A stretch of DNA of 64,000 bases from contig NW_018408919.1 in the NCBI RefSeq assembly GCF_002113885.1, positions 172,046 through 236,045 on the forward strand, read 5' to 3'. Shown piece by piece: positions 63,488 through 64,000 of the stretch. Numbering within the stretch: position 1 is the first letter of the stretch; each line of letters begins with the position of its first letter. A model generated the notes under the pieces. The model saw only the letters and a program-made list of their open reading frames with translations. It did no database searches and was not told the DNA's origin. Origin of the DNA: Mizuhopecten yessoensis. Its lineage: Eukaryota. The position numbers were made by a program, and so were the translations under genes.

Positions 63488-63765
63488 TTAAAATGTTGTC
63501 TCTCTTGGAGGCATTTGAAATTCATCCATTGAATCCATTCTAACTTGTGTCATTGGGGTTGGAGGGGCATGTCTAATTCCCTTTTTCTTCTTGACCCTTG
63601 GAGATTTCTTTGCACTGTTCAGGTTTAAAGGCGGAACCATTGAAACGGGTCTTGGAGGGATGGGTCGTTGTTCCTCCCAAAATGTTGCGCGATCATACAG
63701 GTAATCCAAACCATCTTTCGCCTGAGATTTCAGATCGTCTTCAACGTTTCTTCCTCTAGATGATT
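63488..63765 (-). CDS. Terminal coding exon of a gene continuing beyond the window; Pro/Lys-rich tail ending ETTF
   Basis: Acceptor ctcttcttcacag at 63766; open frame SSRGRNVEDDLKSQAKDGLDYLYDRATFWEEQRP..PPRETTF-stop. Confidence 0.75.
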
Positions 63766-64000
63766 CTGTGAAGAAGAGATAACAGGAATTGAATTAAAAT
63801 GCAAAACAATAAATAATTATTAATAAAAAAAACAACTTTTAAGTAACAAAATATATAGAGGATCTGGCGAACAAATATGAAAAATCCAAAACGAGTATCA
63901 TAAATCTAATATGAAGGGAAACGAATGACAGATTCTTTTTATCGTATAATACAAAATAAATTGTATAATTGTGATCTGAAACAAATATTTTGCATTTGGC

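Overview
AT-rich, intron-rich eukaryotic genomic DNA. It is probably a bivalve mollusc, inferred from the HINE-type Helitron derivatives and SINEs; no prokaryotic features or CRISPR arrays are present. Five genes were reconstructed by hand from GT-AG boundaries and frame phase. (1) A DCN1-like neddylation co-E3, DCUN1D4/5-type (+, 8 coding exons, 4021-10654, 233 aa), possibly with a very long 3' UTR. (2) A secreted ADAMTS-like M12B metalloprotease with an intact HELGHSLGSSHD zinc motif and no TSP1 repeats (-, 14 exons, 35179-25224, 539 aa). (3) An uncharacterised type I membrane protein with a Cys/Thr-rich ectodomain and a 9-nt microexon (+, 41797-54831, 3' exons partly ambiguous). (4) A small two-exon orphan gene (-, 97 aa, 60217-59625). 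(5) The last exon of a gene entering from the right edge (-, 63765-63488). An NGT-sequon repeat ORF lies at 2377-3003. Non-coding DNA holds two HINEs, SINEs, several MITE families and many minisatellites. The most unusual signal is an intronic minisatellite built from the host exon's own splice donor, each copy preceded by a U1 snRNA 5'-end-like sequence that could hairpin over it. A 19 x 79-bp satellite also carries an acceptor/14-nt/donor cassette in its units. All calls come from reading the sequence; no searches were run.
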